Below the pieces are notes generated by a model. That model saw only the letters and a list, made by a program, of their open reading frames with translations. It had not been told where the DNA came from and made no database searches. The translations under genes were made by a program, and so were the position numbers. A stretch of 63,383 bases of DNA, counting the filler, from Trichosphaerium sp. ATCC 40318 (taxonomy: Eukaryota; Protista; Tubulinea): the NCBI GenBank assembly GCA_038496445.1. It is 4 parts of 4 records of this genome, joined end to end, with 100 filler letters (N's around TTAATTAATTAA, not from the genome) between each part and the next. Parts side by side here need not be neighbours in the genome. Positions count along the whole stretch, not along the records: positions 1 to 24,213 come from JALMLS010000037.1; 3 more parts are not named here. One strand, 5' to 3'. Shown here in pieces: positions 14,401 through 24,313 of the stretch. Each line of letters opens with the position of its first letter. Position 1 is the first letter of the stretch.

Positions 14401-14821
14401 ATGCGTATGTTTTAAGTGCCTTTTTATTCTCTAGGCGTAGATTAAAATCACCTGTGATAATATCGCAATCAGCCACCGCTTGAAAGACTTTAAGCCAAAA
14501 ATCATTTGAGCTGTTAGATTTAGCATATATGGTTGCTATTTTTAATTTAACTCCATTGCATTCTATCTCTGCTACCAGAATTCGACCATCTACAGAATTA
14601 AGTAATATCGGTTGTTTACCTCTAACTGCAGTTAATGCTACTCCAGTGCCTCTCCCTTCATCTGTATGTACCGTTTTACGCCTATGATCTTGAAAGACAT
14701 TTGTTTCTGTAGCACAAAAAATATTGCACTTGAGATTGTATGCCAGTTCTTGTACCTTGTCAAAATTACTGAATCCCCTTATATTAGCTGTAGCGAGTTT
14801 GATACACTTGTTTTTACTCAT
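11480..14821 (-). CDS. Retrotransposon ORF2: APE-like endonuclease and reverse transcriptase, 1113 aa
   Basis: Endonuclease motifs ANIRG, ATET, GDFN, RLD, LDH; RT motifs KAPGPDG, NYRPITL, DFKKAFD, GQGNPISP, FADD, YLG. Confidence 0.97.
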   Translation of the reverse strand: MSKNKCIKLATANIRGFSNFDKVQELAYNLKCNIFCATETNVFQDHRRKTVHTDEGRGTGVALTAVRGKQPILLNSVDGRILVAEIECNGVKLKIATIYAKSNSSNDFWLKVFQAVADCDIITGDFNLRLENKKALKTYALLLQLGFIDAAVKFHKVLPTHEKGGRLDLLLISKTLSPNLKSFKVFDMPIFELDHSILLASLEFGPRLPRPFRINPVLFKEVHKATKTCDLTFGPSPSDYVRDKNELITRFSKNQRNLLFKKNARINVLAATLSNKHTATMKDLLEYNKLTKEKKEFTCVAASIDKDKHNEIPSAQLTRILKGRNSARIVEELKCTWNNTSSKDIKEILSTSVRFYKNLYDDLRIDEEVLNQVSSLWKPKSFVELEEQLNVPIEEEEIEEVINNMPSNKAPGPDGLSACVYKSMKETFVPSLTSLFNTFIKQGCVDQFLCKGTIIPIFKKGDPKLMANYRPITLTNVDYKILMKVFYNRLTPLMSKIILKTQNGFIPGRDIVDNVIAALETIAYNKKHSKWLRMIAYDFKKAFDSCSHIALKVFLTKIGFSDKIAKMLVQALKLDVQVRINNVVSKETFCTKRGTGQGNPISPYFFALMVEPLNWIINHEAYIKGAEMSLKNWLKNLFFADDLLLLASSIDDIDEMNYWLTRYGKATGLQINEKKCFQANISGLDNDKSKVFDTGTSIRYLGFTLSDDGLNFDWNKAIDKITVQLVKWKPLCKTIRQKINIFKSYAQSQLIYFTRPLSIPPSATAKIINVCNWFLWDVSRVFDKKKVYCRVSWTQLSLPFSLGGFSLSSIAQISNAFKASLWERHLAIDTIYSQAWKDGSQLSSLCRVSFESFNIKPENKFRKVKFFTNILRKKIIPRLKPHFRKNFILNSMILKLLNKFKGVSYIRDILWRFIMRCLPVTHKKDAFPPEKHEEIFFDWSIPSKIMEVVFDLLSFCKPDVSLKVSLENCKSVHHLLEIGIILAITWIIRNDIKHGVPVGKWLSGQQIRYKYINWMIIATYNGTIKKVDWIYKNETTNRWTTDRFKCHVQMDYTNVVSEQNSLRRLQINTPAFIVGSGIDDILPDGTIILSKYLQPTNARRISKPVLRLGSIYN

Positions 14822-14824
14822 AAT

Positions 14825-15502
14825 TTACACAGATCCCAGCCAACGCGAAAACAACAACACCGTACCTGCTAAAGAAGAGACAATCCATGAGGAACGCCAA
14901 TTGGAAAAAATCTTAACACAAGCAATCACGTAAACTATAAACCTGTTTAACACGCAGAAAATGACATTAGACAAAGAGAAAAATTGTGGTATGAACCGGC
15001 AATAGGATATAGAAACATTCATGTAAAATGTACACGTGTAATTACAAGCTGTGGAAAATTCTAAAATTTTGGAGATTTCCCTGGATGCGAAATGCGTTAT
15101 GATAATAAAACACGAATTCAAATATGTTTTTTGTAAGTTCTTTTTTGGTTTGAAAAGTATATAGGTATTGTTTATAGAGTCAGAAGCTGGTTGCGTGAAA
15201 AAATTAACCACTGTCCCTATCAAAGTTGCAGACATGATATTTATTCTGTAGTAGCACTCGTACATGTATACTACCCCAGTTTGAGGGTAAAATAAATTTG
15301 AATATCCAACGTCGTCTGGTATTGTATTGTTCTTTGTATTATATCTATGATGTATTATGATGTGTTTACGGCGTTCTAGGATGTGTTGACTATAAATTAA
15401 TGTGTAGCTTGTAAAATTTAAAGTAGGCATAACCAGCACTACCGTTATTCTAACTAGCGTAACATAATAGTTAGAACGTAAAATAGTGAGGAGGTGATGC
15501 AA
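14825..15502 (-). CDS. Candidate retrotransposon ORF1 (about 200 aa from the first ATG, MPTLNF), hydrophobic C-terminus
   Basis: 225 stop-free codons in AT-rich DNA, filling almost all of the element's 5' region; ends TAA-ATT-ATG in frame with ORF2. Confidence 0.55.
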   Translation of the reverse strand: MHHLLTILRSNYYVTLVRITVVLVMPTLNFTSYTLIYSQHILERRKHIIIHHRYNTKNNTIPDDVGYSNLFYPQTGVVYMYECYYRINIMSATLIGTVVNFFTQPASDSINNTYILFKPKKNLQKTYLNSCFIIITHFASREISKILEFSTACNYTCTFYMNVSISYCRFIPQFFSLSNVIFCVLNRFIVYVIACVKIFSNWRSSWIVSSLAGTVLLFSRWLGSV

Positions 15503-15802
15503 TCCCCGCGCAGTTAAGGCGGGCTCTAGTCAAGTACAATATCTAAGCAGTAATAAAGATAACTCCCAGCAAAACAACGCCGACCTGCGTGTCAGGTGTT
15601 CAGTCAGACTATGTGAAGTATTTTACAATAGCGTGCCAACAAATAACTAGAGTCTATGTTCAAGTCTACACTTCATCCTTCACACAAGCATACTGGTTTC
15701 CCTACCAATAGAGACGTGAAAGTATTCATAGATTTATCCTTTATCTTAATAAATACCCAAAATCACACGGCGCGTGGAACAAAACGTGATATTCTTATAA
15801 CA

Positions 15803-17559
15803 ATGCAACCAAAAAGCGTTTCTCTTGTTATCTCAGTCTTACTATCATGCTTTGCATTTGCTCAAGTAACGGAAGGTATGTGGCTGTACAACATTAAAAC
15901 TTCTGCACCAGCTGAAACAAAAAAAAGAGCTCTGTAGTTACTTTTAAAACCGCTTTACCAACTTTTCTTCCAACCACTGTAAACAATAGAGGTGGTTTTT
16001 TGTTTTGGTTTTTTGCTCGCCTTTCTGACCTACGAACAACTGAAGCTACGTGCTGCTACATTGACAGTTTAATCAACAGTCCAAATTATGCACAGATAGC
16101 TATTGATCCTTCTGATACATATATTCTTGTGGCTGTGTTTGGAACTATTCCTGGTATCTACCAGTACCTCATTGACGATGGTACCAAACAGATATTTACG
16201 TTGAATATGACCCATTTCAGGTTTTCACACAGGTACTTATCAGGCCTCTTATAATGCTAGTACGCCACAGGTACAGCAGGATTCGAATTCCTATTAGTGG
16301 TCATCTGACACCTATGGTGACCTTTCTAATAGCTAGTAGGGAGTATCATTCATTACCACTGACGTACTAATTGTACCATCATCCGGCTACCTGTTCTACT
16401 TTAACTTTAGTACATTTCATTCAACAGTTCTTTTTGTATAACAATAATGCGATCTCTAGTGGAATATGGCCAACCAACTGGCCAAATTGCAAACAGCATA
16501 CCTATGGAGGATCAAGGTGTACACGCATACTCTTGGGCAGATGTTTTTATACTTGAGAGCACCCGTGTTCGCCTTTTTTTTAACAATGGTATCTAACAAA
16601 TATTATACCAAAACTGCCCTATATTTACAGTATTTAGGAAGTTTTGCAGGAATCCCTGTAGGTCCTCCGTCCTCGGCTGTCAAAGCGACAATAGACAGAT
16701 ATGGCAATATCTTTTGGATAACGAACGCAGTGTTGACTGTTTCTCCAAAACCAGCGTTCATACCACAAGCTCCAACTGCTATACCTACCTCTACACCTAC
16801 TGTAGTACCTACCACTATGTCAACCCCAACATCTATACAACCTGTTACAGCTACACCTTCTGTAGCTCCACGTGCGATTTTGCTAACTAATTTTGTGTAA
16901 ACTAAGTACTTTTAGCAATCGTTTGTGCTACAGGAACATGTAGGATAGAAGGTGATTACATTATCGCAGAAGACATTTCTATTGTCGGAAATAGCTCTAT
17001 TGTCGTATCTGGTGAGTTTTTCATATCTGCAATAATTATTGATGAAAGTTGTTTAGGTGACGTAGAATGGAAATCAGGAAGTGTTCTTACTCTTGATTAC
17101 TTGACGAATGTTACAGTAAAAGGATGTTTAAACTTGACAAATGCTTCAATTGAACTTGTTCCCCCTTCTGACAAAAACTCGTTGGCATCTCGAGATCGTG
17201 TACTACTCTTCAGTGCATCAGAATGCGATATTGATACAAATGGATTGATGGTAGACTTTGGAATACTTGAGTGTGTAAACCCATCTCTTGATACATCAGG
17301 TAGCAATTGAACACTTTACAACTTTCTAATTATATTTGAAGAGCTGAGGAAGATTTTTGTATTGTTTGATGACACATGCCAAGGTAGTACTAGCAACGTT
17401 GTGAAGTACTCATTGATCGTTGTTGGTATTGTGGTGGGCTTGATAATATTGTTGCTGATTGTTGGTGTCATCTGGAAACCTCAGATATTCTTCCCATTTC
17501 ACAACTACAGAAAAAAAAGACAGCGAGAAAATGCCAAGATCAAGAGTGAGCAGTTGTAA
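15803..17559 (+). CDS. Type I membrane/surface protein, paralogue 1
   Basis: Signal peptide MQPKSVSLVISVLLSCFAFA, beta-rich exons, Pro/Thr stalk, Cys-containing region, TM helix and basic tail WKPQIFFPFHNYRKKR. Confidence 0.8.
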
Positions 17560-17878
17560 ATAAAGCGTGCTTCCATATTTACTTAGATTATAACCTGTAC
17601 TGAGAATTCACTGACCTTAGTACTTTTAGTGTATCAGCAGTTTCCATTGAGTTGCTCTTCAACAATTGTTTATTTGAAAAAATACAGGTTGTAATTTGCA
17701 GCCACATCGCTTTTGGGTAATATCTATTCGCTCTGCACTTACAAGAATTAGTTTTGGTGAAGAGTAGAAGTATCTTACTGCTCTCCAAAAACTTCCACGA
17801 ATTTCAAATGGTCAAAGACGCTCTAATATCATATTAGTACCGGTAGCTTAAAAAAACCTGATAGGATTCCATTTTCTA

Positions 17879-20077
17879 ATGCCAAACATAAACATTTTAA
17901 TGTTTCTCCTTCTATCTACCTTCGCTTGTATTATGCTGAATGCTCAACCCGAAGGTACGTTCCGAGCTTGTTAGGCAAATAGTCTTCCAAACCGAAGAAA
18001 CAGCTGCTTGCCCTTTAGCCATTCTTTGGCTAAGTGGCGTAGTAATTTACTGGTTTTTGATTTAAAATCCGCTTTTTTGTGAGGTTCTACAGTTACTAAA
18101 GTTGTTGAGAACCAAACCATAGGTTTAGATACTATGCTAGGCGTTAGCAATTTCTATATTAAATTGTCCACGTGACCGAGTACTAAGAATTTTTATTTTC
18201 TAGAGCTGTATGCTATGGATATTGAAGCTGGCTCTGAATGCTTACTTGTCGTCGACGAAAGGCTACTAGTTTGCTCTAATCGATCATTAGTTGTTTACAA
18301 CTGGTCAGGTAATTAGCTTATCTTGTAGCGCCTTGACCTAACGCCTGCGAATATGTACAGGAGACATGTATACGCTAAGTGTTAGAAAAATCAATTGGGG
18401 GAACGATGCGGATGATACTTTTCGCGATTCCCATCCCCAAGGTACCATAGCGATGAAAGGAAGCTGTAAGATTAACATCAAATAAATAGGTATTGCCACA
18501 GGAAGAGAGCTGTCTGATATTTTTGTTACTACTGGTTTTACTAATGAGAGGCAGATAGTACGAGCTTGTTTTCTTACTGTTGTGATAAGTTTTTTAGGCT
18601 GTTTTAGATAGCGAGCTAAGATTGAGAAGAACTCTAAGTTTAGATTTAAACTTGATCGATCCAGATTATAGACAGATAACTATTGATCCTTCTGATACTT
18701 ATATACTCGTTTCTGTCTTTAAACCGATCGCTGGTATCTACCAGTATTTTATTAATGGTGAGATAATACTTTTTCGCACACTGCTTACCATGATAGGCAC
18801 TCACACTGGTACGTACAAAGCCAACTATGGTGAAGACTTCCCTCAGGTGCTGTCACATAATCAAACGCGCTCTACCAACAACATGCTCTAACATTGAATA
18901 GGGAGTAGGGTTTATATCAAACGATGTGCTAACAGTACCATCAACCGAATTCCTGTTGTACTTTACAATTGGTACGTATGTGTTCCTTTGTTTTTTCTTG
19001 TAATGTGCACTGTTAAGGTGACTATGACCAGCCAACGCATAACACAATAAATCCCGATGCTTTCAAAGGTCAGGCTATACACACATATCCTAGCAACGAC
19101 TTCTTCATACTGGAGAGTGAAAACGGAGCATTTTTGCTTCATAATAATGGCACAACTAATTTGTTGGTCAATGTATTAACCTTGTATCTAGGAAGTGTAG
19201 TAAACTATTCAATACCTTCCTCAAATTTTGCTGGCAAAGTGACCATAGACAACCTTGGACGTATCTTCTTTATAGACGAATCCGGTCTAAAGATTTTTCC
19301 AAAACCAAGTATAGTATCAACAGGTCCAATAGATCCAATCACATTAGCACCAACAACCATAGGTCCCGTGGCGCCAATAGGATTGCTTCCACTACCTCCC
19401 ACACTTTCTGGTGCCATTTCATTGTAATCATCACTCTTGCTAATTTCTTTAGTTATTACTTGCACCTCAGGCGAATGTACAATAAACGGAGATTTCGTCA
19501 TTGACACAGATACAAGTATTGTTGGCAATAGAAGTCTTACTGTCAATGGTGAGTAATCTAAGAAGTAAACTACCAATTGTGTTGTTTAGGTGACTTAGAA
19601 TGGAAATCAGGAAGTGTTCTTACTCTTGATTACTTGACGAATGTTACAGTAAAAGGATGTTTAAACTTGACAAATGCTTCAATTGAACTTGTTCCTCCTT
19701 CTGACACAAATTCTTTGGCGCCCCGAGATCGTGTACTACTCTTCAGTGCATCAGAGTGCGATATTGATACAAATGGATTGATGGTAGACTTTGGAATACT
19801 TGAGTGTGTAACCGCATCTCTTGATACATTAGGTACCCATTGAAGCGTTCTTATTTTTTACATTGCAGTTGTAGAGCTACGGAAGGTGTATGTATTGTTT
19901 GATGACACATGCCAAGGTAAAAGTAGTAACAACGCTGTCAAGTACTCCCTGATAGCTGTTGGTATTGTGGTGGGATTGATTGTAGTCGTACTTATTGTTG
20001 GCGTTATCTGGAAACCTCAGATATTCTTCCCATTTCACAACTATAGAAAAAAACGAAAAAGAAAACAAGCATGTTAA
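17879..20077 (+). CDS. Type I membrane/surface protein, paralogue 2
   Basis: Same architecture and the same IDPSDTYILV and WKPQIFFPFHNYRKKR motifs as 15803-17559. Confidence 0.78.
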
Positions 20078-20199
20078 CCTTAACTCCAAAGCAGTTCTAA
20101 ACAATAAATAAACCATAGTTCACCTATGACTTCTACCAGTTGCCCTTGTGGAAATTGATGACTAATTTTTTGGACGTACAGTTTCCACAAACTAATTTG

Positions 20200-20420
20200 A
20201 TTTAGACAAACTCCACTCAGTAGCAACTAGCAATTGATACACTCAACCTGATTAGAGACAATGAGTATTGATCCTTCCAATACATACTTGCTCGAGTTTG
20301 TGTCTTTGAATGCAGAGGGTATTCATTAGGACCAAATTAAAAACAGTAAGCAATGATAAGCGCTGCTTTTAGAAGATTCTCGTCAGAGTATGTCAAGTAC
20401 AACATAACCTCGAATAGAGC
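20200..20420 (+). pseudogene. Remnant of a third surface-protein paralogue
   Basis: ATTGATCCTTCCAATACATACTTGCTC resembles the IDPSDTYIL exon, but the frame is disrupted. Confidence 0.45.
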
Positions 20421-20782
20421 GTAGCTTTATTGTTCAAGTATTATTGTAGATACAGGATGTCTGACTGCTAATAAGAACTTGGACACGCTGATTATCCGAG
20501 GCTGTGATAAGTTATAAAAATTGCAAGCTGCATCATTTGTCAAAGTACTGTCGTGAGTATTCTTCGGGTTGGTACTCTGGAGATGGTAAATGTTTGATTT
20601 GGCCTGGTATGAATAGAAGCATGATTTATGGCAGCCACTTGTGCCAACAAAGAATGCTTTGGTATGACCACATTGTCATAAGAACTCTTGTGTAGCCAGA
20701 GGCTACTGTGTTGCACATACAGTTAAGATTGTATTTTGTAATAAATAAAACGTTATTTCAAAGAAACTGTAATTTATTCTTT

Positions 20783-21814
20783 CCGTCAGCTAGCGTTCCA
20801 AATGGATAGATTGCAAAATTGTATTTGAAGAAAAATTCGAATATTCTTCTCGCTTTTATGGTTGTATTATACGGCAAATACTGAGGCTAATGGTGACAAA
20901 ACGGCACAAATTACATTCTTATTACTTTCCTAAATCCATTTCTTAACATCTTCAAAAAGAAAGAAAGTTTATTTTTGCACCGGGTCACTGTAACCAAATT
21001 TACAGTTGGCTTGCCTGGACCGAAATACAACTATGGAGGACGTACACGAGGGGTTACACTTTGTTTACAAACATTTTGTGTACTTGAATTCTTCGAAATC
21101 ATTTTGTGTGTTTCTTGAACGCTGTTTCAGTAGATAGTAACATAAGTAGTAGGGTGAGCAGTGCAATGAGAGTCCATTAGCGTGAATTGCTGTTGAGGGT
21201 TTTTGTTATTCCTGCTCGTTGTCTGTGGAATCGTACGTAGCCTCGGTTTTCAGAGAAGAGCGACTGCGAAACTGAAAGTTGTTGGCTTTTTTTTTAATCA
21301 CCAAGTGCTTTTTTTTCATCCAAACTACTCTCATATGTTTTAAAATACATAGTTCTATACATAGAGTGGTTGAAAGCCCTGTATTGAGTGAGTTTAAGAT
21401 ATCTACATTTTAGCTGTAAAACTTTGTCGTGGTAGGCCTAACCGACACTTTTGTTGTGAAATTGTGCCAGTGGTGACGTTTATTTGACAATTCGAGCCAA
21501 TCTTGAGCCCACCACGTGATCTATTTTTTTGCTGTCTCAAAACCACTTTTTAGTACTTCCCACGCGTAGAAATAGCCATCACTTGAGGTAAAACATATTT
21601 TAACAACATTTTGTAGTTTGATCTGGCAGTCGTTGAATTAAAAAAAGTCTCAGACGTTGTGAGGATGTACAGAAATGGTTTTAGGACAGTAATAAGGATG
21701 TAATTTGTGCCGTTTTGTCTCACTACAAAAGTGATAAGAATATATTCGAATAAACAAAGAAATTTTTTTTCAAATATGAATTTTGCGATATATCCGTTTG
21801 GAACATTGCTACGG
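20783..21814. mobile_element. Decayed ~1-kb element with long diverged inverted repeats
   Basis: 20783-20953 aligns, with gaps, to the reverse complement of 21661-21814 (e.g. ACAAAACGGCACAAATTACAT / ATGTAATTTGTGCCGTTTTGT); no TSD recognised. Confidence 0.65.
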
Positions 21815-22595
21815 CAACCAATAATTTCGCAACTTGAACCACCAATACTTCGCCATCTCCACCTTATAACATCTCTGCCGTTAACCAATCGTTACCGTGC
21901 CCAGGGTACACCAAACGAGGTGTTACGTCGTACCTTTACATCCTTACAACATCTGGAGACTTTTTTTTAATCAGCGGAAAACCTACGACAGTGTAGTGAC
22001 TTACTCTACGGAGACGGCGACGCGAGGGACTAGACAGAACAAGTAAACGATGGCACCACGTAAGGAACACTTCATGCTAATTCTATTGAACACTACAAAA
22101 TTATGTTTGGTTAACTTTTGAAATTATACGGAACTTCGCTTAGTATTCCCTAATTTACAGGCTTAGTCGGGAAAGGTAACTGATAGAAATTCAAGGAAAA
22201 TTTCGTATAATTGATTGTTCTTCTTGTGATTCAGTATGAGTTCTCTCCGAGTTCCATACGAATTCTAATCGTTACAGTAATGTATTAATTTTTCGGTGTT
22301 CCTGAAAAAAAAGTGTTCTTACTGAAAAAAAAAATTGTTACACAATTGGCTTTGATTAAGATCAAAACACGTTCATGCCTCACTAGGATGTTATATAAAC
22401 ACGTTGCCATAGTTACAAAGCATTTTGCCATAAACATTCTTCAGTTCACTCTACCAAGTTCTGGTTAATACATATTATAGACACATATGTGTTCTGAAGT
22501 ATACTCAAAAATTGGACATAAATAACGAGGTGCCCTAGAAATTTTTTGAAGTGTGAACTGCTATAGCTAACAAAATATGAACATTAATTTGTGAA

Positions 22596-22828
22596 TTGTG
22601 TCGGAAAGGTGACACATAGGCTCCGGAGTGACATCGACTTTGCCAGTGTGGCTACTACACCGATCAAAACTTATTTGTGTGATATGAGACATCTCCGACT
22701 TTGCCTGTGTGTCAGTCACAACTTCATGAGATATCTCCGGTACTACCTGTCTCATATCATATGTGAATCATAATATATACATAAGACTTTGCCAGTGTGG
22801 CTACTACACCCGATCAAAACTTATTTGT
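22596..22828. repeat. Patchwork of short direct and inverted repeats
   Basis: 43/44-bp direct repeats at 22636-22678 and 22785-22828; 13-bp inverted pair at 22679-22691 and 22748-22760; further partial copies. Confidence 0.85.
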
Positions 22829-22839
22829 AATGGCCAGGT

Positions 22840-24103
22840 ATGGATATCGCTCGCAAATCGTACGTATCAGTACAGCTTAGTGTTTTAAGAATTCACGTTC
22901 TCAAGCAAAAGTGCGATAAACAATTTGCATACATAGACCCCAACATGCTACAGGACTATGAGTTTAAACCAAGCCAGAGTAAGATAGTTAAATTGGTTTT
23001 TTTACATCACCTGTAGACCTCACACCGCTCTTTCCTACTCTTAATTGTCCAGAAACAGTAGATGAAAACACGAACATACAGAAAAAGCGTCAGCGAAATG
23101 ATTCAAGTCGCATACAAAAAAGCTCAAAGGTAAAAAAAAGAAGAAAGGATTCGAGAGGAAACCCGCTATCAGGTACGCTATCACGTGATTTGTACAATGG
23201 AGGTTACCTTTTTCGAACAGCTGTTCGAACTATTTTGTATTATCTACTTACCTCCAACACTTAGTATTGAGTCTTGTATCATACCTTCCCGAAATAGCTA
23301 CAGTTCATACCAACAATGAACTAGGGAAAGCAAAAAAAAAGACACCTTTGGCTTCACCTAATATTTCACTGCCCGAAAACGCAAGCAGTACGTCAGATTT
23401 ATTGATTTAATCAAATGCCCTATCTTAAAACAAACCGTATCTTTCTTGCTGATACTGTTCCAGAAAAAATGTTTGAGCTCCTTGGCAAATCCAACAAAAG
23501 TACTTTGATTGTATTAGTGTTGGTAGTAGTACGTGTAAGTTTAATCAATAGTATCAATTTTTTGTTTAGATTCTCGAACTTGGCGTAAGAAAAAAGTTAA
23601 CCGAAGAGGAAGAGGTCTTTGAAGAGGTCTCTGAAGAGGTCTTTGAAGTGTTGTGCGAGAAAAAAAAAACCAGACTTTTCTCGTTGCACCAGCGCTCTCT
23701 ACTTACGCCTTTTATTTGCTTAGCAATCCTGATTTATTCCTTCACAGCTTGATGATACTTAAACCGTATAAAAAGTGCACAGCCAGTGGGAAGCAGAGCG
23801 CGCTTAAAGCTATAAAGTAGTACGCCATTTGCTTTTTTTTTAACCACGAAGCAACATACTTATTTCATCTCTAGTTGGGTAGAAATCACCAAGGGTAATG
23901 CATCCAGCCCTTCCTGGACCTTTAAAGTAACGGACCAAGCTCTTTGGAAGTCCATGTGTGCGTCTGTACAAAACACGCTGGAAAACGGGAGCAGTGTGGA
24001 ATGCTCGTTCTACGAACACGAACCTTCCAGGAGCCTACGTTTAGACACTGTTGAGTTTATTGAATCCTTGACAGAATATAGTAAGATCGTTCATGGACTC
24101 TGA
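22840..24103 (+). CDS. Multi-exon gene or pseudogene of unknown function
   Basis: Several GTAC..AG introns; last exon 23875-24103 is open (WVEITKGN...KIVHGL*) and is followed by AATAAA. Confidence 0.4.
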
Positions 24104-24213
24104 AAGACACAATGTGTTAATTCACACATGAAACTACCAGCTTAGAATAAATTGTTTACATAGATTATCAAGTACAACATTTATTTTAATTTAGCAAACG
24201 ATTCCTTGTGGTT

Positions 24214-24313
24214 NNNNNNNNNNNNNNNNNNNNNNNNNNNNNNNNNNNNNNNNNNNNTTAATTAATTAANNNNNNNNNNNNNNNNNNNNNNNNNNNNNNN
24301 NNNNNNNNNNNNN
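24214..24313. other. Artificial contig linker
   Basis: N-run, TTAATTAATTAA (stops in all six frames), N-run; same design at all three gaps. Confidence 0.97.

Larger units (their letters stand above)
11134..15526 (-). mobile_element. Full-length non-LTR retrotransposon (APE endonuclease + RT; L1/Tx1/TRE-like)
   Basis: Identical 19-bp direct repeats TAGTCAAGTACAATATCTA at 11115-11133 and 15527-15545; 12-nt poly-A (T run 11134-11145) preceded by AATAAA; intact intronless ORF. Confidence 0.97.

Noticed and set aside
11913-14933. Short plus-strand ORFs antisense to ORF2, and similar shadow ORFs elsewhere
   Set aside because: Mostly non-ATG starts and no motifs; expected shadows of real coding strands.
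16272-16295. B-box-like TTCGAATCC on the minus strand
   Set aside because: No cloverleaf or A box; lies inside the surface-protein gene. No tRNA was recognised in the window.
22636-22828. Repeat-spacer-repeat as a CRISPR array
   Set aside because: Only two units, the spacer is built from related repeats, eukaryotic context, no cas genes.
24258-24269. TTAATTAATTAA palindrome repeated three times
   Set aside because: Always centred in N-runs with stops in six frames; an assembly linker.
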